IMG/VR virus record: IMGVR_UViG_3300010286_000003
Coordinates: 1 to 46,303 of that record
Source of the DNA: a virus
Lineage: Duplodnaviria; Caudoviricetes
DNA: 46,303 bases
Direction: 5' to 3' (one strand)
The position numbers and the translations under genes are program-made. The notes below the pieces were generated by a model, which was not told where the DNA came from, ran no database searches, and saw only the letters and a list, made by a program, of their open reading frames with translations. Of the stretch, positions 19,113 through 29,102 are shown in pieces (the stretch's first letter is position 1; every line of letters begins with the position of its first letter).

Positions 19113-19370
19113 TTAAAACAAAATAATCATATTATTATAATTATTCTGTGGAATAAGGATATAAACAATATCACCTACAGAATGATTAGATTTTGATTTT
19201 ACTATATACTGATCATCATTAATTAAAACTTTATATTTATTTGCAGGTACAATTTCTTCAATAATTATACCTTGTACAGTTTTATCAAATGGAGCATTTT
19301 TTAGTTCTTTATTTACAACTAACAATAATCCATCTATTAATTTTTTTAATGCCAATTTAGAATTAATCAT
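19113..19370 (-). CDS. small tail-module protein
   Basis: 85-aa ORF, FDKT..G.I, VGD.V.I..PQN. Confidence 0.6.
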   Translation of the reverse strand: MINSKLALKKLIDGLLLVVNKELKNAPFDKTVQGIIIEEIVPANKYKVLINDDQYIVKSKSNHSVGDIVYILIPQNNYNNMIILF

Positions 19371-19404
19371 AATATTACCACCAACTTTCTACTTATCACA
19401 TAAT

Positions 19405-19429
19405 AAAAGAGGGCGGTATAACCACCCTC
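19405..19429 (-). terminator. intrinsic terminator after tape measure
   Basis: - strand GAGGGTGGT-TAT-ACCGCCCTC-TTTT. Confidence 0.75.
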
Positions 19430-19433
19430 AATT

Positions 19434-22400
19434 TTATCTTTTGTGTAATTCCTGATTTACTAAAGGTATAAAATTAGTAACTATTTCATTAGCTAATTCA
19501 TCTACATGTTGCACTTCATGTAAATGTATATCCCCTGTAAACTGGAATACAGGAGAACTAGATTGTTTTGACGTTACGGCAGACATAGCAGTATTAATGC
19601 CAGCTTTATAAGAATTTAATACATTATTAAGTATATTACTTTGTTGCATCTCTGTTAATACAGCTTCATTAATTTTTAAAACACGTATTATTTCATCAGG
19701 TTTTAATGTATCTAATGCAATAATACGAAAAGCATCTTGTGATTGGATAGTATTCCCTATATAGCCTAGCTCCATACCTTTATGAGATTTACCTATTTTA
19801 AGTATAGGAGCATTATTCTTTAATGTACTTAAATAATCTTGAACTTCTTGATATTTAAACTGTAAAGTCATAAAATTTTCTTCAATCTTTGCAATTGCTT
19901 TTACACATTTGTCAGCCCATTTTATATATTCTTCAGCAAAATTTTTTACATTTTCCAAACGATCTTCTAAAATTAATTTTTCATAATTTTTTGCATTTTC
20001 TAAAGCTTCCTGAATCATATCTTGAGCTTTTTCAACATCAACTGCTCCATCTTCCCAAGCTGCTACATATTTATTTATAGACTTAATCATTTTATCATTA
20101 GCTTTAATTTGTTTTTCTATCTTTTGAATATTTTCGTCTAAATTTCCGTATAAAGTTTTCATTAATTCTAATAAAGAATTATCGCCACTTAATATTTTTC
20201 TTTGCCAATCCTCACCAAATAATTTTTCGGCTAAATCTAAATCAGCCATTCTTTGAATTGAATCAGCAATATCATTCCATAATTTTTTAATATCATTTAA
20301 TCTTTTTATTTGTACATCATATGATTCTAATGCGGATTTTTTAGCCTTCTCTAAAGCTTCAATTTCATTTTCTTTTGTATAAATTATTTTGTCATATGTT
20401 AATTGATCAAGCGTTTCCTGAGCTTTACGAATAGCATCCGTATCAGCTTCATATACAAAACCTTGACCTTCACGATAAATTTTATCAACCTTTTGATTCC
20501 TAGCACGTTCTAATTCATAAAGTGCTTGTTGCCATTTATATTGCCTTTCACGTTCTTCATTGATCTTTTTTAATAAATCTAATTCATCTTTTGCCTTATT
20601 TATTAAATTATCATAATAGTTTTCAGTATTTTCTTTTTGTTTATTTATACCATCTATTTCATCATCTATTACATCAACTACAGCACTAATTATTCTATCA
20701 TATGTATTTTTTATTTCATTTAATTCATCTAAAGTGTCTTTTAAAGTATCATTAAATCTTTCTAATTGTTGTATTGGCAATTCAAGAATTGCTTTATTCC
20801 ACTTATTTTGTGATACATAAGCATCAGCTATAGCATTTTCACAATCCTGAATTACTTTTTCTAAATTACGATATTCATCAGTATCATATTTAATATTCTT
20901 TAATTGTTCTTCAGCCAGTTGTTTTCTTTGTGTATAAAGCTCAATTTCTTTATTAGATAAATCAATAAGTTTTTGATATTGTTCTTCAGTACCTTTACCA
21001 TTAGCAACTTCAATTTCATTCAAGATATCTTGAATATTATTTGCATTTCTAGTAATTTCAGCTTCTATAACAGCCAGTTTTCTTTCATATTCTTTTATTT
21101 CCCACTCATGCAACTTAATTAAATTATCACGATATTCATCCTGATATTTTTTTACATCTTTGTAATATTTATCATTTAGTTTTCTTAATTCAGCATAATA
21201 TTTTTCTTCGTCAATTTCATCCATGTCAAGTTTAAATTTTAAATCAGTAAATTTACCTTTTATGACATCATCTTCAATTTTCTTTCTACCTTGATAAATA
21301 TCAACAACATATTTACGATATTCTTCAAGATATTTCTTCTTATTAGCACCAAAATATTTTTCATTTATTTTTTCTAAACGATCATAATATTCCGTTTCGT
21401 CAATTTGTTCAGTACCAAGTAAATAATCTATATAACTTTTTTCTCGATCAAATGCTTCTTTTATTAAATCTTTTTCTTTACCAGTACTAGTTTTAGAAGA
21501 TGAATAACCTTTAAAATTTAAAGTTATATTTACTGCTTTGTCTAATTCATCAATTATACTTTGGATATCTTTTACAGCTTGTCTACTTGCTTCAAGATCA
21601 ACTAAATCATGAACACCAAGTCTACCTTCCCAAGATTTTTCACGTAGTTCATCATATGTATGTTGTTCATTATACAATTTTTTCAATAATTCTAATTTGG
21701 CTTTGTGTAATGTAATCCAATTCTGATAATCTATATTATAGGTTTCAGCTAAAGTTTTTACCCAATCAGGTAACTTTTCTTTAACATTATTAAAAAAATT
21801 TTCGTTTTCAGATAATTTATTTATAACTGCATTTTTATAATTTTCTACATCAGTTTCATAAGCTTTAGACAATTCATTTATTAATTCATTTGTATCAATT
21901 AAACCAGCATTAAATCTTGTTACAGCATCTTTTAATTCAGTAGACTGAGATCCTATATTGTGCAATGTTTCAGAAGAAATATATCCTAATTCTTTAACTT
22001 CATCTTTGACATCTTGTAATAGCTTACCCGATTTATTCACTTTAGCTAAACTATCAGAAACATCATCAATAGCATTTGCAGTATTTAAAGCATGATCACG
22101 AATTTGACGTAAAACATTTTTATACTCTATACTAGAATCAAGATTATAATATAATGATTTAAGCGTTTTTTCTAAAGCTGTTCTTAATACATCTATTCCT
22201 TCTGAACCAGTATACCCATAATCTTTAAGCTGAGGAAACTCTTGTAATAAGTCCATTATTTCAGTAGGAGATAGATTATTAAGATTTTGAAGAGCTTTTT
22301 CAATAGCAGAAATTTGTTTTTGATATTCGTCAATTATTTCATTTTGTTCTTCAATAGATAAATATGATTCTTGATTTTCTTTAATTAAATCATCATTGGC

Positions 22401-24992
22401 GGAAAATAATCTCAAACTTGCATTTTCTGTAGCATCAAGATCCTTTAACCAATCATCATATAATTGTAAAACATTATTTATGATTTCTTTATGCTTTTTA
22501 CCTTCTTCAGTTACACCAGTTAAACCCTCGGCATCTTTTTGTAATGCAGTTGCTAATTCATTCGCATACTGCCGAGTTTCTTCCATTTGATCGCTTATAT
22601 TTTTTAATTCAGTATCATATTTACTAAGTAATTTGGGAGTTGATTCACCAGATTTAATAAGTTCCTCTTGCTCTTGCTGAAGTCTTTTGTATGACCTTGC
22701 TAATTGGTCATATTTATTCATTGTTCTTTGTAATTCAAAATCTCTTGTAATTTCATCTGGCTTAGTATAAGTTCCTATTAAATCACTATTAAACGTTGTT
22801 CCACCATATCTACTTTTTATTGGAGTTGTTAATGTTCTAATAGCTGTTTCTTCAGCTTCTAAAGCGGCAATTCGTTGTTTTTCCTTTAAAATACTTAACT
22901 GTCTTTCTAATTCTGCTGTTTGAGCTTCAAGTTTTTCTTTTTCTCCATCTTTAGTAAGTTTTACTCCACCAACAGAATTTAATTCTTCAAGTCTTGATTT
23001 AGTTGTATTTAATTGTTCTTCAAGTCTTTCTATTTCAGACGTAATTTGATTATATGCTTCTACCTGTTGTGATAATAATTCTTGAGTTTCTTCTAATGTC
23101 TGATTAAAATGGTCATAAGCTATAGTTATACCTTTTATAATTAATAAGCCCGCAACAACAGGAAGAATAGTACTTAACGCCATACTTAATGATGTTACAG
23201 CACTACTAGTAATTCCTACTTTTGTAGCTAATATTGTTAACTGATTTGCAAATGTATTTAATCCTAAAGAAGTTTTAGATCCTAAAACCCCAACCAATGT
23301 AATTAATGCAATATTAAATAAACCTACTTTATCTATAGTTTTAATTAACACATTTGACAAATCTAAAAAATATTTTATCCAATCACTCTCTATAGTGTGT
23401 TGCGATAATTGCTCAAAAGATGAACGAACAGCATTAATTTTACCTTGAATAGATTCTAATACTTTTTCATTTTCTTTTATAGCTGATCCTTGTGAGTTGC
23501 TAGCACTTATTACAGCTTTTTCTACATCTTCCCAACCAGCTAATATAGCATTAAGAACTTTAACTTGTCTATTACCAGCAGCTAGCTCTCCTAAATACTG
23601 ACGTTGTTCATCAGTAAGAGTAGGAAATACTTTAGCCATATCTGATAATATTTCATATGTGCTACGAAGTTGTCCATTGGTATTTTGTATATCTATATTT
23701 GCTATTTCTTTAAAAGCTTTTTGTAATTTAGGCATTAACCCATCAATTTCTTCGCCATCTTCAGTAATACCTCGTAAACGTTGCGACACCATTAAAAGTC
23801 CACTGGATACCATTTCAATATCCCTAAGTCTTGCGAAACCAGCAGTTAATAAACCAATTGTTTCTTCAATGCTCGTACCAGTCTGCGATAAAGTACCAGA
23901 AATCCTTCTTAAACCTTCAGTTATATTATCAAAATCTATAGGGGCAGTATTTGAAACTTCATTTATCATATCGACAACACGCATTGCGTCTGTCTCAGAT
24001 AAATTAAAACCTTTTAACGTTGCTATTAATGATGAAGCAGCATTTTCTACAGTTTTTATACCATCCCCTACATTAACCATTACTAAAGCTGCTTCAGCTA
24101 AATTTAAACTATCCTCTAGTGAATATCCCGCACGTCTAAAAACAGTAGTAGCATCTATAACTTCTTTGCCAGTTCTAGCAATTTGAGAACCAAGATCATA
24201 CGCTTTATCAATAAATTTATCTAATTCTTGTCCTGTTAAATCAGTTACTTTTTGAAGTTCAATAAGACTATCATCAAGTTCTATTATAACATTTATCATG
24301 CCTTTAATAGTACGTACAGCACCAGTCACTACTCCAGCTATACTATACCATGAAAAGAATTTTTTAGTATTATTTGCTAACTCACCTAACGCTGTACGTC
24401 CTGTCATTCCAAGTGCTTCAGCTTCTTTAGTCGCTGATCTAAATTCTCTTTGTAGATTTTTTAAAGTAAGTGCATCAGCATTTTTTATTTGGTTTTGTAT
24501 TTCTATTATTTTATTTTTTAAACCATCACTAAGTTTTTTGTTCTCATTTAAAAACTTAGTAATATTATTATCTAATATAGTTTTATCTATATTCAATCTT
24601 TCAGTTTCAATACGTTCTTGTATTTGGGCTTTTAATAAATTACTATATTTTTTAGCTTGTTCTTCACGCTTTTGAATTTCTAAGTCTATAGCATTTATAT
24701 TTTTCTTCAAAAAACTATCACTTAATTTTTCTAATTCCTTATAATATTGCCCCATTTTTTTTAATTCAATATTTGGAGCATTAAAAGCTTCTACAGCTTC
24801 TTTACGCAACTGTGTCCACATTTTAGTAGAAGTTTCTATAACTTTTCTTGCCTCTTTATCTGATAATTCTATATTTAATGCAAGTTTACTAGCTTTTTGT
24901 AAAGATTTTATTTGTCTATTTAATTCATTTTGTGCTTGTTTTAAATCAAAAGCTATATCTAATAAAACTTTATAATCGATAGACATCCACAT
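19434..24992 (-). CDS. tail tape measure protein (TP901 family)
   Basis: 1852 aa, largely helical; ELDD...ELQKVTDL, VDMINEVSN, ELAAGNRQ core. Confidence 0.92.
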   Translation of the reverse strand: MWMSIDYKVLLDIAFDLKQAQNELNRQIKSLQKASKLALNIELSDKEARKVIETSTKMWTQLRKEAVEAFNAPNIELKKMGQYYKELEKLSDSFLKKNINAIDLEIQKREEQAKKYSNLLKAQIQERIETERLNIDKTILDNNITKFLNENKKLSDGLKNKIIEIQNQIKNADALTLKNLQREFRSATKEAEALGMTGRTALGELANNTKKFFSWYSIAGVVTGAVRTIKGMINVIIELDDSLIELQKVTDLTGQELDKFIDKAYDLGSQIARTGKEVIDATTVFRRAGYSLEDSLNLAEAALVMVNVGDGIKTVENAASSLIATLKGFNLSETDAMRVVDMINEVSNTAPIDFDNITEGLRRISGTLSQTGTSIEETIGLLTAGFARLRDIEMVSSGLLMVSQRLRGITEDGEEIDGLMPKLQKAFKEIANIDIQNTNGQLRSTYEILSDMAKVFPTLTDEQRQYLGELAAGNRQVKVLNAILAGWEDVEKAVISASNSQGSAIKENEKVLESIQGKINAVRSSFEQLSQHTIESDWIKYFLDLSNVLIKTIDKVGLFNIALITLVGVLGSKTSLGLNTFANQLTILATKVGITSSAVTSLSMALSTILPVVAGLLIIKGITIAYDHFNQTLEETQELLSQQVEAYNQITSEIERLEEQLNTTKSRLEELNSVGGVKLTKDGEKEKLEAQTAELERQLSILKEKQRIAALEAEETAIRTLTTPIKSRYGGTTFNSDLIGTYTKPDEITRDFELQRTMNKYDQLARSYKRLQQEQEELIKSGESTPKLLSKYDTELKNISDQMEETRQYANELATALQKDAEGLTGVTEEGKKHKEIINNVLQLYDDWLKDLDATENASLRLFSANDDLIKENQESYLSIEEQNEIIDEYQKQISAIEKALQNLNNLSPTEIMDLLQEFPQLKDYGYTGSEGIDVLRTALEKTLKSLYYNLDSSIEYKNVLRQIRDHALNTANAIDDVSDSLAKVNKSGKLLQDVKDEVKELGYISSETLHNIGSQSTELKDAVTRFNAGLIDTNELINELSKAYETDVENYKNAVINKLSENENFFNNVKEKLPDWVKTLAETYNIDYQNWITLHKAKLELLKKLYNEQHTYDELREKSWEGRLGVHDLVDLEASRQAVKDIQSIIDELDKAVNITLNFKGYSSSKTSTGKEKDLIKEAFDREKSYIDYLLGTEQIDETEYYDRLEKINEKYFGANKKKYLEEYRKYVVDIYQGRKKIEDDVIKGKFTDLKFKLDMDEIDEEKYYAELRKLNDKYYKDVKKYQDEYRDNLIKLHEWEIKEYERKLAVIEAEITRNANNIQDILNEIEVANGKGTEEQYQKLIDLSNKEIELYTQRKQLAEEQLKNIKYDTDEYRNLEKVIQDCENAIADAYVSQNKWNKAILELPIQQLERFNDTLKDTLDELNEIKNTYDRIISAVVDVIDDEIDGINKQKENTENYYDNLINKAKDELDLLKKINEERERQYKWQQALYELERARNQKVDKIYREGQGFVYEADTDAIRKAQETLDQLTYDKIIYTKENEIEALEKAKKSALESYDVQIKRLNDIKKLWNDIADSIQRMADLDLAEKLFGEDWQRKILSGDNSLLELMKTLYGNLDENIQKIEKQIKANDKMIKSINKYVAAWEDGAVDVEKAQDMIQEALENAKNYEKLILEDRLENVKNFAEEYIKWADKCVKAIAKIEENFMTLQFKYQEVQDYLSTLKNNAPILKIGKSHKGMELGYIGNTIQSQDAFRIIALDTLKPDEIIRVLKINEAVLTEMQQSNILNNVLNSYKAGINTAMSAVTSKQSSSPVFQFTGDIHLHEVQHVDELANEIVTNFIPLVNQELHKR

Positions 24993-25027
24993 TCACTTCC
25001 TTTCTTTTTAGGAGTATTTTTTATAAT

Positions 25028-25053
25028 AAAAAACACTCCTAAAAAGGAGTGTT
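25028..25053 (-). terminator. intrinsic terminator upstream of tape measure
   Basis: - strand AACACTCCT-TTTT-AGGAGTGTT-TTTT. Confidence 0.75.
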
Positions 25054-25056
25054 GAA

Positions 25057-25085
25057 TTGACATAATTTATAAAATATTTTATAAT
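25057..25085 (+). promoter_or_regulatory. perfect sigmaA promoter of the moron gene
   Basis: TTGACA-17 bp-TATAAT; AGGAGG at 25106-25111. Confidence 0.85.
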
Positions 25086-25118
25086 ATATACATATAAATA
25101 AATTTAGGAGGATTTAAT

Positions 25119-25388
25119 ATGGGTTATATAATCGCTGGTATAATTAGTTTTATATTTTTAATATGGTATGTATATTATAATATTACTAATAAAGATAAAG
25201 CATTAGAATTTCGTAATAAAATAAAAGAACAAAATAAACCTAAAATTAATAAAAATGGTCTGATTATGTGTCCAAAATGTAATTCAACTCAAATAACTAT
25301 GATGAAACGTGGCTGGAGATTTACTACAGGATTTATAGGTAGTGGAAAAAACGAAAGAGTATGTATGCATTGTAAACATAGATTTTAA
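25119..25388 (+). CDS. moron: membrane-anchored zinc-ribbon protein
   Basis: N-terminal TM, CPKCNS...CMHC; opposite strand to operon; own promoter and SD. Confidence 0.8.
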   Translation: MGYIIAGIISFIFLIWYVYYNITNKDKALEFRNKIKEQNKPKINKNGLIMCPKCNSTQITMMKRGWRFTTGFIGSGKNERVCMHCKHRF

Positions 25389-25414
25389 TTAAAAATGAAC
25401 ACTATTTACTTTTC

Positions 25415-26437
25415 TTAATTTTCTTTTTTATTACGTAAAGCATTTATTTTATCACGAATTTCAGTTTTACTCATAGGTTTAATATATGCTGACCTAGTAG
25501 TTTCAGTAGATTGGTGATTTGCTAATTCAGCAGCTAAAGTTAAATCACCAGTTTCTTCATAAATATTATTTAAACGACTTTTCCGTATACAATGTGGTCT
25601 AAAATCATCTATACCTACAATTTTTCCAATTTTACGGACTCTATTGTAAATAGTTTCTCTTGACATAGGGCGATATTCGCCCTTATATTTTGTTATAAAT
25701 AATGCATCACATTCTAATTTATCATAACCATCTTTTCGCATTTCTAGCCATTCTGCTATTAATTCTTTAGCACGTTCCTCAAAAACAACTTCAACATATT
25801 GAGCACGTTTTTCTCTTATATCACGAAATACCATTTCATCTAAATCCAAAGATGAAAGTGTTAATCTTTCTAATGCTCCAAGTCTATTTGCAGAATCATA
25901 AGCTACTTCAAATATAATTTGATCTTGTATATCATACTCATCATTAGTAGATAATTCTAATCTAATTTTTTGTACTTGTTCAGGAGTAAGAAAGTAAGAA
26001 TTTATTATATGTTCATCTTGAGCGTTTTTCATTCTATCTAATTTGTTATCAAAAGGATGAGCCTTTATAAATCCACGTTTCATAGACCAGATATAAAACG
26101 AACTAACGGCTGATAATTTAGTATTTATAACTTTTTTATTATTATGTAAAACATCTTGGCAAAATGCTATATAATCTTCCATAATATCAACTGCATTTTC
26201 CATAAATTCATCAGAATATAAATCTATATTATCATATCTTTCAGCAAGAAAAGCTAACCAATGCATAAAAAAGTTTTTATAAGTTTTATATGTAGTATCT
26301 TTAACTTCTCTATTTTTAATTATATTTGATTGAAGATACTTTTCATAATACTTTAAATTTTTAGGAGATATTTTATTTAATTTATCTTTAGTAAAATATC
26401 TCACTTTTACTATTTTGGATTTAGCCATTGTTATCAC
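25415..26437 (-). CDS. tyrosine recombinase
   Basis: Catalytic set present: SANR, REKR, PHCIRKS, LANH, RSAY; N-terminal core-binding region. Confidence 0.9.
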   Translation of the reverse strand: MITMAKSKIVKVRYFTKDKLNKISPKNLKYYEKYLQSNIIKNREVKDTTYKTYKNFFMHWLAFLAERYDNIDLYSDEFMENAVDIMEDYIAFCQDVLHNNKKVINTKLSAVSSFYIWSMKRGFIKAHPFDNKLDRMKNAQDEHIINSYFLTPEQVQKIRLELSTNDEYDIQDQIIFEVAYDSANRLGALERLTLSSLDLDEMVFRDIREKRAQYVEVVFEERAKELIAEWLEMRKDGYDKLECDALFITKYKGEYRPMSRETIYNRVRKIGKIVGIDDFRPHCIRKSRLNNIYEETGDLTLAAELANHQSTETTRSAYIKPMSKTEIRDKINALRNKKEN

Positions 26438-26462
26438 TTCCTTCCTAATCCAAGTAGAAGAG

Positions 26463-26494
26463 AAGGGTAGTAGACTTTGACATCTACTACCCTT
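26463..26494 (-). promoter_or_regulatory. 12-bp hairpin with UGUCAAAG loop (copy 1)
   Basis: AAGGGUAGUAGA-UGUCAAAG-UCUACUACCCUU; no U-tract. Confidence 0.6.
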
Positions 26495-26525
26495 AAATCA
26501 AAAAACACTGATTTTATGTAAAATT

Positions 26526-26966
26526 TTAATGTCCAATCACTACTGTAAAACCTCTATCCTTCAAATATTCTCCAAACTTCTTTATTAAATAACCTTTATC
26601 TAACAATTCCATTGCATCGTCCCAAAAATGCACATCAGAAGGTCTACCATTAAAAGGAGGATAACCACCATGTAAACCTCTATTAGCATAATCCCAAACA
26701 ACTATAGGATCTATATCATCATAGTTAATATTAGTATCATCAAGATAAATAGCAACTTTGTAACCGTTGCCATCACGTACAACATCTGTAGTAGTAACTG
26801 ATTTTAGAAACTGATATGTACGATCATAATATTTAGGATTGTATTCATCATAATAAACCATTATAAAATCAGTTATTAAATCTTTTACTTCTTCTGCCAT
26901 TTTTTTTGCAGCTTTTTTACATTCTTCATCTAAAAATTTAGCTAAATCTGTTATTATTTTAGACAT
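26526..26966 (-). CDS. hypothetical virion-module protein
   Basis: 146-aa ORF, YY.EY.P..Y.RT motif, translationally coupled. Confidence 0.65.
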   Translation of the reverse strand: MSKIITDLAKFLDEECKKAAKKMAEEVKDLITDFIMVYYDEYNPKYYDRTYQFLKSVTTTDVVRDGNGYKVAIYLDDTNINYDDIDPIVVWDYANRGLHGGYPPFNGRPSDVHFWDDAMELLDKGYLIKKFGEYLKDRGFTVVIGH

Positions 26967-27199
26967 TATTTCACCTCATTATTTTCATGAGATTTTATAG
27001 TTTTAACTAATTCTTTAGCAATATCCTCTGATTTTAAATCTTTTAATTTATCAGCAACTTTAATAATGTCTTCATATGAATTTATTATATTTAAAAGAGT
27101 ATGCAATATTTTAAATTCTATAATTAATTTTGCCTTTTTTACAAATTTCTTTAACTGACGATATTCTCTATATTCCTTAATTTTCTTAATCATACTCAT
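26966..27199 (-). CDS. hypothetical protein
   Basis: 77-aa ORF with AAGGAG SD. Confidence 0.55.
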   Translation of the reverse strand: MSMIKKIKEYREYRQLKKFVKKAKLIIEFKILHTLLNIINSYEDIIKVADKLKDLKSEDIAKELVKTIKSHENNEVK

Positions 27200-27315
27200 T
27201 ACTCCTTTACATTTTATATTTTAAACAGATTTATATTTAATAAAGTATGTAACATGACCGACAGAAGAGTAATAATAAACTTTGAAAGATACTTTTATAT
27301 TTTATAATCTTTTTA

Positions 27316-27774
27316 TTACCCCTTTGTTTTATATTTTATATTATAAACTTCAATTTCAGTTCTAGGATTCTTTTTATCATATCCACACTGTAAAGTAAGA
27401 GAAGTTAAATGATTACAATCATCATCAATAATAAATCCAGATTCTACAAATCCATCCAAAATAAATTTTGGTACTGTATTATCAATATCATGCCTGTGAT
27501 TAGTACTATAATAAACGGAAAATTTCATTTCACATTTATCAATGTGTAGGTTAGAATAACCTTGATTTCTAATAAACCAAATAATGAAATCTTTCCATTT
27601 TTGTTTCAAAGCATTCATCATAGGACGTTTCATTATCATCCATCTATTTATAGAAGGGTGATATGGTTGATCAATTGGCTTTTTTTTGGCATTTCTATGT
27701 ATTGAAAAATAATATTTTGTATATTCTGAAATTGTTTCTTTATCAATAATTAATTTAATATTTTTATTTTTCAT
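27316..27774 (-). CDS. RusA-like Holliday junction resolvase
   Basis: DIDN..PKFILDG, IIDDD, PRTEI motifs. Confidence 0.8.
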   Translation of the reverse strand: MKNKNIKLIIDKETISEYTKYYFSIHRNAKKKPIDQPYHPSINRWMIMKRPMMNALKQKWKDFIIWFIRNQGYSNLHIDKCEMKFSVYYSTNHRHDIDNTVPKFILDGFVESGFIIDDDCNHLTSLTLQCGYDKKNPRTEIEVYNIKYKTKG

Positions 27775-28003
27775 TTAAATCACTCTTTGGTCGATTAGCT
27801 ATCCAGCGTTTATAAATATATTCTGTTTCTGGTTTAAAAAACCAAGCAACAATTTTATTTTCTTCTTTTTCGCTTTCCCAAATAAACTTGGGCTGACATC
27901 CATGTTTAGCATAAAATATTATTTGTTTTATATTAGTAATAGGAACTAAATTATCTTCACCATAACATTTTTTAGCTTCATCCAAATTTGAAAACTTAAT
28001 AAT
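27764..28003 (-). CDS. hypothetical protein (probable ATT start)
   Basis: Frame open upstream of TTG 27985; SD AGAAAGGA fits ATT at 28003. Confidence 0.55.
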   Translation of the reverse strand: MIKFSNLDEAKKCYGEDNLVPITNIKQIIFYAKHGCQPKFIWESEKEENKIVAWFFKPETEYIYKRWIANRPKSDLNEK

Positions 28004-28030
28004 AACAACACATCCTTTCTCAAAGTTGGT

Positions 28031-28080
28031 AAAAAAAAGGGTAAGAATAAAAACACGTATTGTGTTAGTATCCTTACCCT
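28031..28080 (-). terminator. intrinsic terminator after major tail genes
   Basis: AGGGTAAGGATA...TATTCTTACCCT + T-run on the - strand. Confidence 0.8.
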
Positions 28081-28091
28081 AAGAACACGAA

Positions 28092-28328
28092 CTACAATAC
28101 GTCACTTTCTTCTTTATTAAATTCAGTTTTTATTTTATTTTTTTTATTATGAAATTTTTCATATTCTTCTTTTGTTACAATATAATACTTGTCATTATGA
28201 TGTTTTACATATACTTCAGCAATATTTTTACCAATAGTATTTGGTAATTGCACCAAAATACCATCATAATCAATAACTATATTTTTTTCATTATGTAAAA
28301 TTATTTTACACTTTTTAATCATTAACAC
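28092..28328 (-). CDS. hypothetical protein
   Basis: 78-aa ORF, GAGGTG SD. Confidence 0.6.
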   Translation of the reverse strand: MLMIKKCKIILHNEKNIVIDYDGILVQLPNTIGKNIAEVYVKHHNDKYYIVTKEEYEKFHNKKNKIKTEFNKEESDVL

Positions 28329-28336
28329 ACCTCAAT

Positions 28337-29074
28337 TTATTCAGCATCTTCATCTTCAATTTCTACAATATCTAAAACATTATTATTTTCATCAACCATA
28401 CAATCAAACGTAATAGTAATAGTAGCAGGATCACCTTCACTAGATAATGATAAATTGAGATTTCTCTGAGGAGTGGCTTTATAAGCTGTAATTAAACAAG
28501 GTACCCATTTACCTCTTTCGTTCTTATCAAGAGTTTCCATAGTAATTCTGTAATATTTAGGTATTTTCTTGTCATTAAACGCAACTCTTTTAACACCAGT
28601 AGTTTTCTCAAATAAATAACATACAACATATTCTTTATCTGCAACAATATCTTCAGGATTAGTAGCTGTAAATGTCTTGTTTGCAAACGTACCCTTTATT
28701 GCAACACCACCAATATCACCATTATTATATACAAATACTGTTCCAGGCACAGGTGTATCTTTTGTTGTTAATTTGCCATCTTCAGTAGCTTTAACAACTT
28801 CTCTTACAGGTATAACAGCATTTGTTTCAATTGTTCCATCACTCAATAATGAATATATCTTAAATGGATGAACTTGGAATGTAATTTCCATTGTACCCTG
28901 AATAGGATTCTGGAAAGCAATTGCCCGATTACCTTTCTTCATTGCATAAACTGTATCGCCACTAAATCCTGTAGTAGTAGTATTACAAAAATCAGCATAT
29001 AAGAAAGGTTCATTTGTGCCATATTCTCTTATATCAAGATCGGCACATTGTCTATTAGCTCTATTAATATCCAT
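28337..29074 (-). CDS. major tail (tube) protein
   Basis: Strong SD, size, LSLSSEGDPATITITFD C-terminal motif, position. Confidence 0.75.
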   Translation of the reverse strand: MDINRANRQCADLDIREYGTNEPFLYADFCNTTTTGFSGDTVYAMKKGNRAIAFQNPIQGTMEITFQVHPFKIYSLLSDGTIETNAVIPVREVVKATEDGKLTTKDTPVPGTVFVYNNGDIGGVAIKGTFANKTFTATNPEDIVADKEYVVCYLFEKTTGVKRVAFNDKKIPKYYRITMETLDKNERGKWVPCLITAYKATPQRNLNLSLSSEGDPATITITFDCMVDENNNVLDIVEIEDEDAE

Positions 29075-29102
29075 TATATATTCCTCCTTTATATTTTATA
29101 GT

